A stretch of DNA of 64,000 bases from the human T2T-CHM13v2.0 reference genome, Homo sapiens, in the NCBI RefSeq assembly GCF_009914755.1, contig NC_060945.1; one strand, given 5' to 3'. Shown piece after piece: positions 1 through 17,148 of the stretch. The first letter of the stretch is position 1; every line of letters starts with the position of its first letter. The notes beneath the pieces were generated by a model. It was not told where the DNA came from, ran no database searches, and saw only the letters and a program-made list of their open reading frames with translations. Position numbers and translations under genes: made by a program.

Positions 1-481
1 GTCACCGAGGTGGCCACTGGCTTATTAGAGGAGCTGCCGCCTGGGCTGCTCCTCTCAGAAGGCCCTCGGTTTACCTATGCAGATGAAGGGACTGTCCACA
101 GCCACCGGCACCTTTAAGCCCCGCTTTTCACACCGGTCCAGCCCCTCCCAGTGCGCAGGTGAGACCGCTTAGCCTGCGTGCATGACTTGGTACCGGCCTC
201 CCTGCTTTTCTGGTGGAGTTAAGACCTGTCTCCTGGAGACTTCAGCTGCCCTCCTTCCCCTGTAAAACAATACAGGCCCTGCTGGGGACCCCCCTCCGGT
301 TTCCAGGGCAGAGGAGGGGCTCTCTGCTTCAGAAACTGCAGGAAAGCAGGCGTTCACCTCTGGGCCTCTCAGCCAAGGTACAGACACCTGAGCCCTTTCC
401 CTGCTCTCAGCGCATCGGCGTGTGAGTGTGTGAGTTTTAAGCTAACTGCTTTCTGAACTGCTTCGTTTTCTGCATCTGTAG

Positions 482-588
482 ATTTTTCAAAAACCCCTGA
501 TGGAGTCTGAGCTGCTGACAGAAAAAGAGGTTGCTATGATTTTTGTGAACTGGAAGGAGCTGATTATGTGTAATATCAAACTACTAAA
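482..588 (+). CDS. ITSN1: Intersectin-1 long isoform coding exon, DH (RhoGEF) domain
   Basis: ctgtag|ATT...CTAAA|gtaagc; [36 protein letters not shown]; 107 nt, ends in phase 2. Upstream exons lie outside the window. Confidence 0.96.
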
Positions 589-1811
589 GTAAGCCTCTCC
601 TCTAATCCCCAGCCTGGCTTGGCCTCCTCGGCTCTCATGCACTCGCACCTCTGTGGGTCTGTGTGTCCTTCTTGCATGCTGCCCTGTGCTTCTTTCTGGC
701 TTTTTTTTTTTCTTCTCATTGCCACTCACAAACACCATCACCCTTTTGTGCCTTCATGCTTTCTGGAAACGCACTCCGAATCTCTCATTGCAAGAGTAGG
801 TTTCCTGGGCACCCCAGAGCCTGCTGTTGGGTGAATTACTGTGGTTGTGAATTTCCAGGGCTAGGGCGACGCTGGCTCCTGATGGTGCTGGCTCCATGCT
901 GGGGCGTGGGGCTGCCCCCTCTACGCTTTCCCTAGGACGCGGGATCCCATGGGGGATTATTGGTCTTTTGAGGCATTCTTGGCCCTGCAGATGGAAAAAT
1001 GTGGAACTGTTCACTGCCTAACGTCAGCAGTTCCTCAGGATCACTCCGGGAAGCTGGCCCTAGGCTGGTCGTATTTTCTTCCAACTTTAGTTTGCAGAGG
1101 CAGCTCCAGGGCCAGGAGTCAAGAGACCTGGGTTTGGATTCTGACTTACTCACTGCCTTTCCTTTTTGAGCCTTAGTTTCCCCATCTGTAAAATGAAAGG
1201 GTTGGATTCGATCATCACAAAGTCTCTTCCAATTCTTAGAAAAAAAAAAAAGTCAAAAACCAAAATCTGTATCCACCACGCTCTCATTGTAACATCACTT
1301 GCTAGAACACAGATTAAGTCACAGCCTGCAGGGCGCGTGATATTCCCTGCTGGGAGGAAGGGCCACCCACTTCCTGGGCCCGAGGATGGAGGGCAGGCTC
1401 CCAGAGCCTTGCGTCCATTCCTGATCTTCATCCGTGTCATTGGGAAGTCCCCATTTCCTAAATGTGGTCTCTGCATTGTTCTTATAAGGTAATTTCAGGT
1501 CCCCACTTTCCTGAGCGTGTGTTTGGGAGTGGATGGAGGGATGGAGAGGAGGTGTGGAGAGGTGGACATGAAGAAAGATACATAATGTCTGCTGGCTTGG
1601 TGCTCTAGAAGACGAATGATCCAAGGTGACATCAGGCAGGCTTTTAGAGAAGGTCTGGACTCCGTTGCCCGCGCCCCCTGCCACCCGATGCCATGGAAGC
1701 CTTTCGAACTTAGGTCTGGTGTCACACCCTTGGGCTCACATCCGCTATTGCCTCTGGCTGTGTGTCTTCTGGCAGGTCACTTTGGTCCCTGGGCCTCAGT
1801 GTTCTCGTCTA

Positions 1812-2139
<328 letters not shown>

Positions 2140-3461
2140 TATACCTGTAAGTTAAAACCTTTTTCCTTGGGCAGCTATCAGTGGGGGCTGGGGGAGGCGG
2201 GAGATGTTTCTGAGCTTCCCAAGTAGCCCTTAGAGAGGGCTTCCCCCACTTCAGGGTTGGCCTGAGGGAAACTGGTGCTGGCCTCAGCTCCCCATACCTC
2301 TCTGTTGTCTTTTAACCCCCATCTGGGAAGAAGCAGCCTCTTTCTTGAGCTGTGTGGGGGGCCAGGCCTGCGTGCTTCTTCCTCCTGTCGGCTCTGACTT
2401 GCTCCACAGTTGTGGAGGTGGGAACTGACAGCCCTGTTACGGCTGAAGCAGCGAAGCTCAGAGAGGCTGAGTGACTTCCCTAAAGTCACACAGTAGGGTG
2501 GCTGCTCTGTGGATGATGCCTAGGTCCCGGAATAGAGACTCCGCCCAGTCCTGCCCCCGTGGAAAAAAACATGGGCCCAGAAGTCAGACATCCCAAGTTT
2601 TTGTCTGGGCTCCGGCCCCTTCTAACTAGTTTTGGGCATTAAGGTGGCAGTCATGGTGCTTGTCCTGCCTACCATGCACGGTCATTCTGAGAGCAAGGGA
2701 ATCAGGTGTCCCAGGGGCACGCCGTCCATCAGGGGGCTGATGTGTACAGGGGCTGCTGGCTTCCCTCCATCCCAAGGTTCTCTATCCCCGTTCCTCTGAT
2801 TCCCGGATTAGCTTGTTTGGACTAACTGGCTCATGTCTTCATCCTCCAGATAAAATCTTATGTTGAACCGTAGCCTTCTGGGGACCTGATTTCTTTTTCT
2901 TCTTTTCTGCATTTTACTAGAAAAAATCTCAAACATACAGAAAATTTGAAAGAATTGTAGAGTGAACACCCACATCATAAACTGGACAAAAAACATTGTG
3001 CTGTATTTGCGTGGCTGCATAGACATAATTTCTTCATGCCAAGGAATAACTGTGATGAGGGGAGATCGAGGGCTCCTAGCAGCCGAGAGAGGGAGGCATT
3101 TGAGGATAAGAAGTTAAGGCAGCAATCCCTGGAGTGCCACCAGTGAGCGGCCATATGTCTGCTACTCCTGATCCTACAGTCCTTGTATTTGGGGGGTGGG
3201 GCAGGGGGTAGGGCAGTTATCAAACAAGTCAACAATAAATAAATAACATGAAAATAAAAAGGGCTAACTGGAACACATGGACTTCCTACTAATGATGCCT
3301 CATTGAGGGTTAGAGCAAATGGCTGGCTCTCTTGCGAGGAAGCTGAGACCTGAGAAATGTGCCTTTCATAGACAAGGTAGGGCCAGACAGGTCTAGAACC
3401 TTTTTATATCCAGAGCCTGGAGCAGGACCCTCAGGACAGCTGTCAGAAATGATGGCAGAAG

Positions 3462-3987
<526 letters not shown>

Positions 3988-5015
3988 TGATAGCAGAAGG
4001 GAAGCAGAAGTGAGGTGGGGTGACCAACCCAGGTTTGGGGAACTGTTTTTTATCAAGAGGCTTTCCTGTCCCCTTGATGGAAAAAGAAAAGAAAAAAAAA
4101 ATAAGAGCTTGTCCCAAAACAGTGTTTTTCTTAAATATCTGACTCATCTTCTTTTTAACTTAAGAAGAATGGATTCCATTTTATCTTGTTTAAGCAGAAA
4201 ATGAAGGAAAAATAAAAAATAAAAATCAGTTTGGGGTAATGACAGATGGTGAGAAAGAAGAAGAAAAGGATGTGGGGTTGGGAGAAGGAGAAGAGGGAAG
4301 GAGAGAGGGCATGGAGCAGATGGTGGGAAGTCCAGCAGGGCGGGAAGTGCAGAGGCTGAGGCTGGGACCAGCAGGGAAAGGCTTGAGGGCGAGATGGCGG
4401 GAGCAGGGCAGCCGCGTCTGGGAAGATGGGCAGGTGCCCAGAGCAGCTTGGAGGCAGTCGTGGCGGGAGGTGGGTTGGGGCCTCTGAGGCTGTGGTCCCA
4501 ACCATGGGCTCTGGAGTCAGACCTGGGTTCCAGGGTTACCTCTGTCACCTATTAGCTCTGAGACTTGGGTCAAGTCACTGAATTTCTGCATGCCTGAGTT
4601 TCCCCAATAGGAAATGGGGATAATAATATATGTAAAACTCTGTTTGACACATAGGAAGCATTAATAAATGCTAGTTCCATGACTGTCCACTTGGTCTGCA
4701 GACTTCAGAGGGTTACAGACACTCATGTGTTCAGCAATCATTGAGCGCTCTTTGAAACATTTGTTAGCCAGTTAATTGCCTTTTGCAGTTCAAGTCCTCT
4801 CATCTGTAAACCTTTCTAGGAGACTGCCGATCAGCTCACCGCAAGCAGAGTACTCTTAGGGCTGTGGCTGCAGCAGCCGAGTCACATGATCCCTGGGCCT
4901 GGTAACACCTTGCGGTCTTCATAAGTCTTTGCCTATACAGTAGACCATCCTGGACGAAGACCCATGACTGAATCTAATAGGTGCCTAGTCCATAGTAAAT
5001 CAGGCTTTAATTTTA

Positions 5016-5483
<468 letters not shown>

Positions 5484-6949
5484 TTAAAAAAACTACTCCT
5501 CATAGGAAAATGATGGAATGATGGAATTTCTTCCTGTTTCCATTCATTGCAAGTTTATAACGTGGCTATCCAGGGCTCTCATCCCCCCAAATTATTGGTG
5601 TCATCACCCTTGAGCACATTTTTGCTCGTTGTGGTATTTCACACCAACCCCTCAATGGGGCAGTGGCCTTTGGGCCATCCTGAGGACACCAAGCTGCCAC
5701 TGCTCCCCACACCCCAGAGGCAGCCAGTGCTGATCTCCCCATGAGGGCATCCACTTCAGGTGGAATCGCTGACTGCTCACACCACATCATTTATGGTCCC
5801 TAAGTTTTTCTCCTTGGCTTGCCCGGTCCAAGGGACTTTATTTTAGCCAAAAATGTGGGAGAAAGAAAAGAAAGTGATCTGAAGTTTTTAAAGCCTAATA
5901 TAAATATTGCAGAGCTTCCTTGGAATTCAATAGCCCGCCCCGTACCTCAAAGGCTTCTCCAGCATGACCATGAAAGCAGCCAAAGGCATTCAATAGGGAC
6001 ATCCTCCCAGCCTTGTGTTAAAGTCATAGGTTATACCATTTTGTTCCATCTACCCATCCATCCACCCATGATCACTAACTAGGATAGCTGAACACACCCA
6101 TGGCTTCATGTTGTGGTCCTGCCATGTAGTACCTTGCTGTCCTTACCGTGTATAAGCTCAGTGCCATGCCCTTCTTCCAGATGCTGGTGTTAAGGGTTCA
6201 CATGTTGAAGTTGGGAGAGGGGAAGCACAGTCCTAGTTACCATAGCTCTGAGCACTCACACTGCAGGCAGACCCCAGAACACACACTTCCCAGTCCCATC
6301 AACACCTCTCCTGAATTCCAGGATATACATTTTTTGGGTTCATTGGCCCATTATCATAGTAATAGACCTCTTTTCCGAACTCCTCTTAATTTAGTTAACT
6401 CAGCTCTAGCAATGAAGCAGCGAATCACAGAGATAGTTCAAACAGTCATTTATACCTGGCTTTTGCTGAATCTCATGGGATTATTTTGCCAAGGCATTTG
6501 TTTTGCCATCTTAATTATGTTCTTTTTAGCCAAAAATCATCCTTCCCCATCCTCTGGCAATAGCAACTTCCCTTGGGCAGAAGTGTCTCCTGGAAATAGG
6601 ATCAGTGCTCAGGCCACATCAACCTGGGGCTTTCACCACCGATAATCTGTGTAGTGAGGCATCGACACAGGGGACCCATTTGAGTTGTTCAAGAAAAAAA
6701 CTCCATATTTCTGCACAAGAAAAACAAATTGTAACAAACAGCCACTCTGCCAAAGAAAAATGCTCTGGTGCTACCTCTCTGTAGCCCTAGACTCATTTCT
6801 TTCTCCATTCCTTGTCTCCCAAATAGATCCTTTAGTGGCCCTTGAGGCTGTGCCCCTCACACACATTCTGTTTCTGTGCAACCTAAGTGTGCTGTGGTGC
6901 TGTCAGATAGCGTGAAAGCAGGGGGCTCACCTCCCGTGTTTCCGTGCAG

Positions 6950-7133
6950 AGCGCTGAGAGTCCGCAAGAAGATGTCCGGGGAGAAGATGCCTGTGAAGAT
7001 GATTGGAGACATCCTGAGCGCACAGCTGCCGCACATGCAGCCCTACATCCGCTTCTGCAGCCGCCAGCTCAACGGGGCTGCCCTGATCCAGCAGAAGACG
7101 GACGAGGCCCCAGACTTCAAGGAGTTCGTCAAA
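6950..7133 (+). CDS. ITSN1: ITSN1 coding exon, DH domain
   Basis: tgcag|A GCG CTG...GTC AAA|gtaagg; [61 protein letters not shown]; 184 nt, phase matches the previous exon. Confidence 0.97.
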
Positions 7134-9031
7134 GTAAGGAGCCAGGCTGTGCAGAGACTGGGCCCCAGAGTGGCGATCTTTGGGCAGCTGGATGTGTGAG
7201 GGGCTAATTCAAAAGTCTGCAAGAGTGTTCCCACTAGAGGCCAACAGGGCCTAGGGTCTTGGCTAAGCCTTAGGGGACTGGCACTCACTGGCAAGTGTGG
7301 CTGTCACCAAAGGGGTGGGCTTGGAGAGGAGGGGTGAGCCCTGGGCTTGGAAGCTTTGAAAGTGTCTTTAGGGATCTGTTTTCCAGATGCTATTGGTGTT
7401 ATTTGGATGCATGTTTAAATCTTTCATTTCATTTGCAAGGCCCAGGCAGGTCTTAGATTTCCTCTTGTGTTTAATCGCCACATCCTCAGTTCTTTGCTGG
7501 TCTCTGCCCTTCACTTGCAGAGGGAATGGCCAGGACTCCCAGTGGCCCCTTCATTCCTTTCGCAGTTGGTTCTGCTTGATGTGCTCCCGCCTTAGACAGC
7601 CTGTGGGAGTCAGTGTGGGATGCCAGGACCTCTTCCTTGGAGGTAGCAGGGATCTGGAGAGTTGGGAGTCCACCAGGGGATGTTTGGGGAGGTAATGCGG
7701 ATACTGCTGGAAGACCTGCAGCTCTGGGACTTGGCCTTGGCCAGTGTGGGTCTCTGCTGGCCGTGCTGGGCCATTCAAACAGCCCCCACATCTCCTGGAG
7801 AAAAAAAGGAGGAAGAGAATAAAATAGCTTCTGTGAAACAGGTATCTTTTGATGAATAAACAACAAAATAATAATAACAGGCATATCTTTGGATCTCATG
7901 CATTTTGGAGACAGGCCATCCTCACCTGTCCTAGAGTGGTGCTTGTGGAATCACTGTGGTGAGGCACAAGCGCAGCCTCTTCTTGGTCAGAGCCTCATGT
8001 GAGCTTGTTGTTTCTGCCTCTCATGGTGTTTCTCAGCCTAGACTTGCCAGCCAAGGCATGGGGCACTCTGAGGTCATTCCAAGGGGAGAAAGATTGCTAA
8101 GAAGGAGGCCTTGGGTGGATGGAGACGAGAGAGCAGATGCTGAGCTGCTGGGCGCCATGGACCACCTAGGGTTTCAGCCAAGGGCTGGGCTCTTCCTAGG
8201 CCCGAGCAAGATGAGTTCATTGTTGGATGCACTTGAACTTCAGGAAAGTGCTGACACCAGCCCAGAGCAGGGGCCTCATTGTCCCTCCCCGCCCCTCTCC
8301 TCTTCACCTCTCCCCACCTCCTCTCAGTGGGAATGTGGCACGTCGTTGCCAGCTGCGAGGTGTTCCTGGAATGATGGTGTCCACAGCTGGAGCAGGTCCC
8401 GGTCCCTGGAGACAGTTATCAGGTCTCAGGGCTCCAGTCAATGCAGCTGCCCGTTTCTAAGGCATTAAACCAGACCACAGCCTTTGACAGCTAAGTGGCC
8501 AGACCCTGAAACTGGAGTCTTGACCCCCGTTGTCTGAGCTCCTCTTTCTCAGCCCTGCCTGGAGTTCCCAGAGGCACGTGCGGGCTCCACTCAAAACTAG
8601 ACAATGAGATTTAGCCCTTCCAGCAGTTCTGGGGTGTAAGGGGAATTTTTCCTCTAACCGTATAGTCTTGTGACTCTTGTTCCTGGGAATGTTATAAAGT
8701 TTCTGCAGACATCCAGACGAAATATTCTGTGTAAAGCCAGAATCTCATCTCTGTGCATAAGGAACCATGCATGCCATGGAGGGTATGCTGAATCCAGAGT
8801 GCAGGGCTTAACCCTGCTGGCTGAGTCACATCTGTGGGTCTCCATTCTCCATCTGGAAAGTGTGTCATCCTGGACAGGGTAACTAGTCAGGCCCTTCCAT
8901 CCCCAGGTCTCTCAGTTGTCATCCAGATAAATGAGATAATGGGTGGAGAGTCCTCACTGACATTAGTATTGATGTCACTAACTTTGGATTTTGCAAGTTT
9001 CTTAAGTACATTTAAAAACATCTCATTTCAG

Positions 9032-9130
9032 AGATTGGCAATGGATCCTCGGTGTAAAGGGATGCCACTCTCTAGTTTTATACTGAAGCCTATGCAACGG
9101 GTAACAAGATACCCACTGATCATTAAAAAT
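9032..9130 (+). CDS. ITSN1: ITSN1 coding exon, DH domain conserved region 3
   Basis: tttcag|AGA...AAT|gtaagt; [33 protein letters not shown] (DH signature LxxFxxKPxQRxxRYPL); 99 nt. Confidence 0.97.
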
Positions 9131-9317
9131 GTAAGTACCTGTCTTGCCTTTTCAAGCAGGGGACGGCTTTCTCTGCATTGGAGAGGGCTGGGGTCATGGA
9201 CAAGATTCCCAGTGAACATATCTGGTAACTGTTGTGTAGAAAGCACGAGACAACAAGGTGTCACAGAGGTCTGCTTGGTAACTCAGAAAGAAAAGCTGGT
9301 TTATCACGCAAAGAGCT

Positions 9318-9453
9318 GGCTGGGCACGGTGGCCCGCGCCTGTAATCCCAGCACTTTGGGAGGCCGAGGTGGGCAGATCGCTTGAGCCCAGAAGTTCAAG
9401 CCCAGCCTGGGCAGCATAATGAGACCCTATCTCTATTAAAAAAAAAAAAAAAA
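9318..9453 (+). mobile_element. FLAM-like Alu monomer
   Basis: Single monomer with poly(A) tail. Confidence 0.85.
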
Positions 9454-9465
9454 GAGAGCTAATAC

Positions 9466-10678
9466 TGTGTCCGGAATTGGTGGGTTCTTGGTCTCACTGA
9501 CTTCAAGAATGAAGCCGCAGACCCTCGCGGTGAGTGTTACAGCTCTTAAGGTGGCGCGTCTGGAGTTTGTTCCTTCTGATGTTCAGATGTGTTCGGAGTT
9601 TCTTCCTTCTGGTGGGTTCGTGGTCTCGCTGGCTCAAGAGTGAAGCTGCAGACCTTCGCGGTGAGTGTTACAGCTCTTAAGGCAGCGCGTCTGGAGTTGT
9701 TCGTTCCTCCCGGTGGGCTCGTGGTCTCGCTAGCTCAGGAGTGAAGCTGCAGACTTTCGCGGTGTTACAGCTCATAAAAGCAGTGTGGACCCAAAGAGTG
9801 AGCAGCAGCAAGATTTATTGCAAAGAGTGAAAGAACAAAGCTTCCACGGTGTGGAAAGGGACCGAGCCGGTTGCCACTGCTGGCTCGGGCAGCCTGCTTT
9901 TATTCTCTTATCTGGCCCCACCCACATCCTGCTGATTGGTAGAGCCCAGTGGCCTGTTTTGACAGGGGGCTGATTGGTGCGTTTACAATCCCTGAGCTAG
10001 ACATAAAGATTCTCCACGTCCCCACCAGACTCAGGAGCCTAGCTGGCTTCACCCAGTGGATCCCACACCGGGGCTGCAGCTGGAGCTGCCTGCCAGTCTC
10101 GCGCCATGCGCTCACACTCCTCAGGCCTTGGGTGGTCGATGGGACTGGGCGCCGTGGAGCAGGGGGCGGCGCTCGTCGGGGAGGCTCGGGCTGCACAGGA
10201 ACCCACGGAGGCAGGGGAAGGCTCAGGCATGGTGGGCTGCAGTCCCGAGCCCTGCCCCGCGGGAAGGCAGCTAAGGCCCGCCGAGAAATCGAGCGCAGCG
10301 CCGGTGGGCTGGCACTGCTGGGGGACCCAGTACACCCTCCGCAGCCGCTGGCCCGGGTGCTAAGTCCCTCATTGCCCGGAGCCAGCAGGGCCGGCCGGCT
10401 GCTCCGAGTGCGGGGCCCGCCAAGCCCACGCCCACCCGGAACTCCAGCTGGCCCGCAAGCGCCGCACGCAGCCCCGGTTCCTGCTCGCGCCTCTCCCTCC
10501 ACACCTCCCTGCAAGCTGAGGGAGGGGGCTTCGGCCTTGGCCAGCCCAGAAGGGGGCTCCCAGAGTGCAGTGGTGGGCTGAAGGGCTCCTCAAGTGCTGC
10601 CAAAGTGGGAGCCCAGGCAGAGGAGGCACCGAGAGCGAGCGAGGGCTGTGAGGACTGCCAGCACGCTGTCACCTCTCA
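9466..10678 (-). mobile_element. Solo LTR12C-type (ERV9) LTR
   Basis: Minus strand begins TGAGAGGTGACAGCGTGCTGGCAG and ends CCAATTCCGGACACA; ATAC target-site duplication at 9462-9465 and 10679-10682; CpG-rich; three U5 repeats. Confidence 0.93.
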
Positions 10679-10943
10679 ATACTGCACAGCCTTCAGATGT
10701 GTGACCAAGTGGCTTCTACCTTGTAAGTCAGAAAATGAGAGCTTAGTCGTTGATTCTTTTTTTAATTTTTTTTTTTCTAGAAGAAAATAACATGGAATCA
10801 CAGAAACAGTCTGTGGTCTGTGCCTTTCTCCCTTGACTCTTTCTTAAAGACAGGCCCAGTGCCTCTAGGCCTTGATTTTCTTAGCAGAAAAGAGAAAGAA
10901 ACGTAATGCTACGACCTGTCTTCAGAAGGCCATTGTGAAACAC

Positions 10944-11317
10944 TGTATTAGTCCATTCTCACACTGCTGTAAAGGACTGCCCAAGACTGGGTAATTAATA
11001 AGGAAAGAGGTTTAATTGACTCAGTTCCACATGGCTGGGGAGGACTCAGGAAACTTACAATCATGGTGGAAGGGGAAGCAAACACATCCTTCTTCACATA
11101 ATGGCAAGAAGGAGAAGAATGGGAGCCCAGCGAAGGGGGAAACCCCTTACAAAACCATCAGATATTGTGAGAACTCACTCACTCTCACTAGAACAGGATG
11201 GGGGAAGCCACCCCAACGATTCAATTATCTCCACCTGGTCTCTCCCACAACATGTGGGAATTATGGGAACTACAATTCAAGATGAGATTTGGGTGGAGGC
11301 GCAGCCAAACCATGTCA
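10944..11317 (-). mobile_element. THE1C/D-type MaLR solo LTR
   Basis: tgtattagtccattctcac...caagatgagatttgggtgg...ccaaaccatgtca; TSD aacac/gacac. Confidence 0.88.
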
Positions 11318-12441
11318 GACACTGTGTGTTGATATTAGATGATTGTTCTTCTCCTGTCACTTTGAGAAAGCCAATACCAAAAGAAAAAAGAAAGAACAAA
11401 ATTAGGGTTTCAGTGTCCCCACCTGTAAAATGAGTGAACAGATTTAGATGTCCTCTGAGCCTATGTTTGTAAAACCACAGGGAGTATAGCTCCTGGAAAG
11501 AGGTTTTAGATCTGGTTCCTTTTAACGGAAAATGGTGTTTAGAAACTCAGATGTGGGCACTGGCGTGCTCATTGCTACTGGGGTGATTTTGTTTTGTGTT
11601 CCTCTCGGTGGCAGAGCTGGGAAATACATGAATGTCTTTTCATGCACACATATTTACATATGCCAATGTATATACACATATATTTATATTTATTTCTAGA
11701 TCCATCTATCCATGTATATTAGAACTCATGAATTCACACCAGTACCTCCTATTCTAATCCAATACTGCAGAATTTTTTCCAGCCTTTCCCCTTCTGCCTT
11801 TGTAACTCCCTACTCTGTGAAGAGCCTGGCTCTCATTATCCTCAATGTGTTTCCTTATTTGCTCAGTCTTCTTACATGTGACAAATCTCCCTCCCACATA
11901 AGCCATCTCCTCAGTCCAGCCCCAGCTCAACTCCACAAAATACACTGTGGATCTTTGGCTGAGTTAAATACTTAGTTTTGAAATAAGTTTTCAGCTTACT
12001 GTTTTCTCTCTTCCAACACCACAGTTACTATTTAATTAGCTCAGTACTTCTCTTTTTTCTCCCAATGTTTAATTGCAAATTGAAGTTGAAAACAAGCTTT
12101 TAAAATAGGTGTTCTATATCTAGCCAATGGGAGAAAAACTAAAACAAGAAAAGGACTGCATGGCCCAAATATTTAAAAGGGGGAAAAAAACTCATTATTT
12201 GCAGAAACACGATTGATTTCTTCCAGAGCACCCACAAAAATGAACTGAAAACCAGCTGAACTAAGAAGAGAATTGAAAACAGTGGTCAGCTATGAGATAC
12301 ATATGAAATCTGCTAAAGTACTAATACTAAATATTTTTATGATACTGATGTGGAGAAATTCTTAGCATGGTCTCAAAGACATGCTAATCCTAAACTTAAA
12401 GGATTTAGATCATAGCAACCTAAAAAATACCCAAACTTTCA

Positions 12442-12983
<542 letters not shown>

Positions 12984-13138
12984 TCATTAATGGGAATGGT
13001 TAAATAATTATGGTAGATCTGTACTATGAAAATATTTAAAAAGATACAGAGCAACTTCTACTCATGTATTAGTGTGGAAAGACACTGAGAAAATGCTGTT
13101 ATGTGAAAAAGCAACACTAAACTCACTGAGCAATCCTA

Positions 13139-13810
<672 letters not shown>

Positions 13811-14309
13811 ATTGAGAACACTTATGCGCTAAATGTACAAAAAGTTCACACTCACAGGTAATAAAAGAAAATACATAACAAAACAAGAAAATACTTTGAT
13901 TTTGGCTTGCCAGATGGGCGTATATTGAAAAGATTATAGGTCCCAGTGTTGGCAAAGATCTGGGTGGAAGTTAAATTGATACAGCCTTTTTTGGAAGGCG
14001 ATTATAGATCAAACTATAATTCCTCTTTGGCTCAGCAATTCCACCTCTAGGAATTTATTCTAAGGAAATAATTTAAGAAATATTGAAAAGTTGGAAGCAA
14101 CATAAAGTTTTATGGGAAGGTAACTATTTAGACGCATTGTGCTCAATAACGTGCTCAATGAATATTGGGGTCTACCCCAATAATGATATATTATAAAACC
14201 CTCAAAATGATAATATGTATGAAATGGACATGGAACATTGTACTATAAAGCAATGTACGAAATAGTACAGTATAAAATGGTAGTTTTTGTAAAATGGTAG
14301 TATGATCCA

Positions 14310-14588
14310 ATTTTTATTTTTATTTTTATTTACTTTTTTTTGAGACAGAGTCTCGCTCTGTCACCCAGTCTGGAGTGCAGTGGCACGATCTCAGCTCACT
14401 GCAATGTCCGCCTCCTGGGTTCAAGTGATTCTCCTGCCTCACCCTTCTGAGTAGCTGAAACCACAGGCAGGTACAATCACGCCCGGCTAATTTTTGTGTT
14501 TTTAGTGGAGACGGGGTTTGACCATGTTGGCCAGGCTTGTCTCAAACTCCTGACTTCAAGTGATCATCCCGCTTCGGCCTCCCAAAGC
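14310..14588 (-). mobile_element. Alu (5'-truncated)
   Basis: Antisense Alu. Confidence 0.92.
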
Positions 14589-14784
14589 AATTTTTATTCT
14601 TGAAATAATGGGGAGATTATTAGTGATTTTTAGGTTCTGTATAACTTTTTGAATTTTCTAAATTTTGTACATTGTACAATATTACTTTTGTCATTAGAAA
14701 AATTGATAAACCTGTTTGAATTTTGAAACTAAACAAAACAAATGAATTTACTCAAGCCAGCTGGGTGGGTTCCTAGCCTGTAGT

Positions 14785-14935
14785 AGTGGTTCTCAGATTT
14801 GACTGCATGTTAGAACATCTGGAAACCTCTAGAAAACCCCTAAGCCTGAGTTTCACCCTCCAGGGATTTTGATTTAGTCATGGATGAGGCCTCAGATTTT
14901 CCAAAAGGATTCTAACGTACAGTCAGGATTGGCCC
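14785..14935. mobile_element. MER5-like DNA transposon remnant
   Basis: agtggttctcag..ctgcatgttagaacatctgg..gatttagt..gattcta; degenerate. Confidence 0.5.
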
Positions 14936-15376
14936 AGAGGTTGGGGTTGTTGCTTGGAATTGATTTGTGGACTCACAAGACATAGAAAACAGTGTGTGTT
15001 TTTCTCCATTTGAGCATCTACTTAGGACTTTAAACCACGGTATGCCTTTGGGATAAGATATTCAGAGTCAGGGCCATTTACATTGTTTGTATGTGGACAA
15101 GGCCTGGGCAAATATGCCCTCGGCATTCTCCTGGTACACTTCAAAGGTGGCTTAGGGTCTTTCTTCATTCTCCAGCACAGGGTGATAATTGTTTTTAGGG
15201 GCCTGGAAGTCCTTTGAGGATCTGATGGTAATCACTGTTGCTTATTGAGCACTTTCTAAGGGCCAGGTGCTTTGCCAAGAGGTCCACGTGTCTCATTTAG
15301 TTCTCCACACACCATATAAAGGAGGCTATTAACCTCTCCATTTCTCATGCGAGGAACCTGAGACTCAGAACATTTA

Positions 15377-15970
<594 letters not shown>

Positions 15971-16429
15971 GGAACATTTATATAACCAACCCAAATCATG
16001 GGTGGTCTGTGGTGGGGCAGGGATTTAAATTCAGGAGGTCCAGCTCCGGAGCTGGCATTCTTAGCCACCACCCCAAATGGTCTGCTTAGAAAAGCGCACA
16101 CTTGCTCTGATGCACCCGTCTGCATGTGGTTCCAGAGGCGCGTGGACCCAGGAAGGAGCCACCCTTGCTGCAGCCACCGCTCCTCTTATGCCCCAGGCTG
16201 CATGCTAAGCATAGACTGCGCTGTCCCTGCCCTGCCCTCCAAGGGCACCTGTTGGCTCTTAGACCCTCATCAGTGGGTTGATGGAACACTGCACATCAAA
16301 TGCCAGAATTGCATTGTATGTTCCCCAAGTGAGTGAACAGGTGGGAAAATAGCACGGAACTGGGCCTGGGATGCCTGGGCTCTGCTCCTGGTCTCAGGGA
16401 CTAGTTTATTCTTCTGTGAAACAGGGTGA

Positions 16430-16741
<312 letters not shown>

Positions 16742-17148
16742 AAGGGTAAATATTTTCAAAGAGAAACTCTAAGGGCCCCATGGTTATATGTACACACTGT
16801 GATCCTGTGAGTCTGCATGTGTGGCTTGGGGTCCACCCTGCGATGTTAACATTTTGCCGGACAGATCACACAGCTTGCCCTGGACATTCAGGGTGTGGGG
16901 CTGGACTGAGACCTCAAGGATGGGACCATTCACTGCTTCCCGCAATGCCACCCACTGGAGCCATCAAGGAGTGGCCGTCATCTGCTACGTGATTGCCATG
17001 TGGGTGCTCAGAGCTGCGATTGCTCAAGTGGGCGCCGTCCATGAAAGGATGGTGCCCTGCCCCGCTGGGCCTGGTCCTGCAGGACCCTGGATCACAGGCC
17101 CACCCACATTGCCTAAAAGGAGGTGGTTGTTTTTATTCTCCTGTGTAG

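Noticed and set aside
3191-3213. G-quadruplex-like G runs
   Set aside because: Isolated intronic motif of a common type, with no supporting context.
9900-10672. Overlapping ORFs of up to 204-210 aa on both strands
   Set aside because: They lie entirely within the GC-rich LTR12C. Stop-codon scarcity explains them and there is no recognisable domain.
11026-11227. PRDM9 hotspot and DUX4 motifs in the THE1 LTR
   Set aside because: The sequence reads CCTCCCCAGCCAT (two mismatches to CCNCCNTNNCCNC) and TAATTGAATCG (terminal A lost); both are degenerate.
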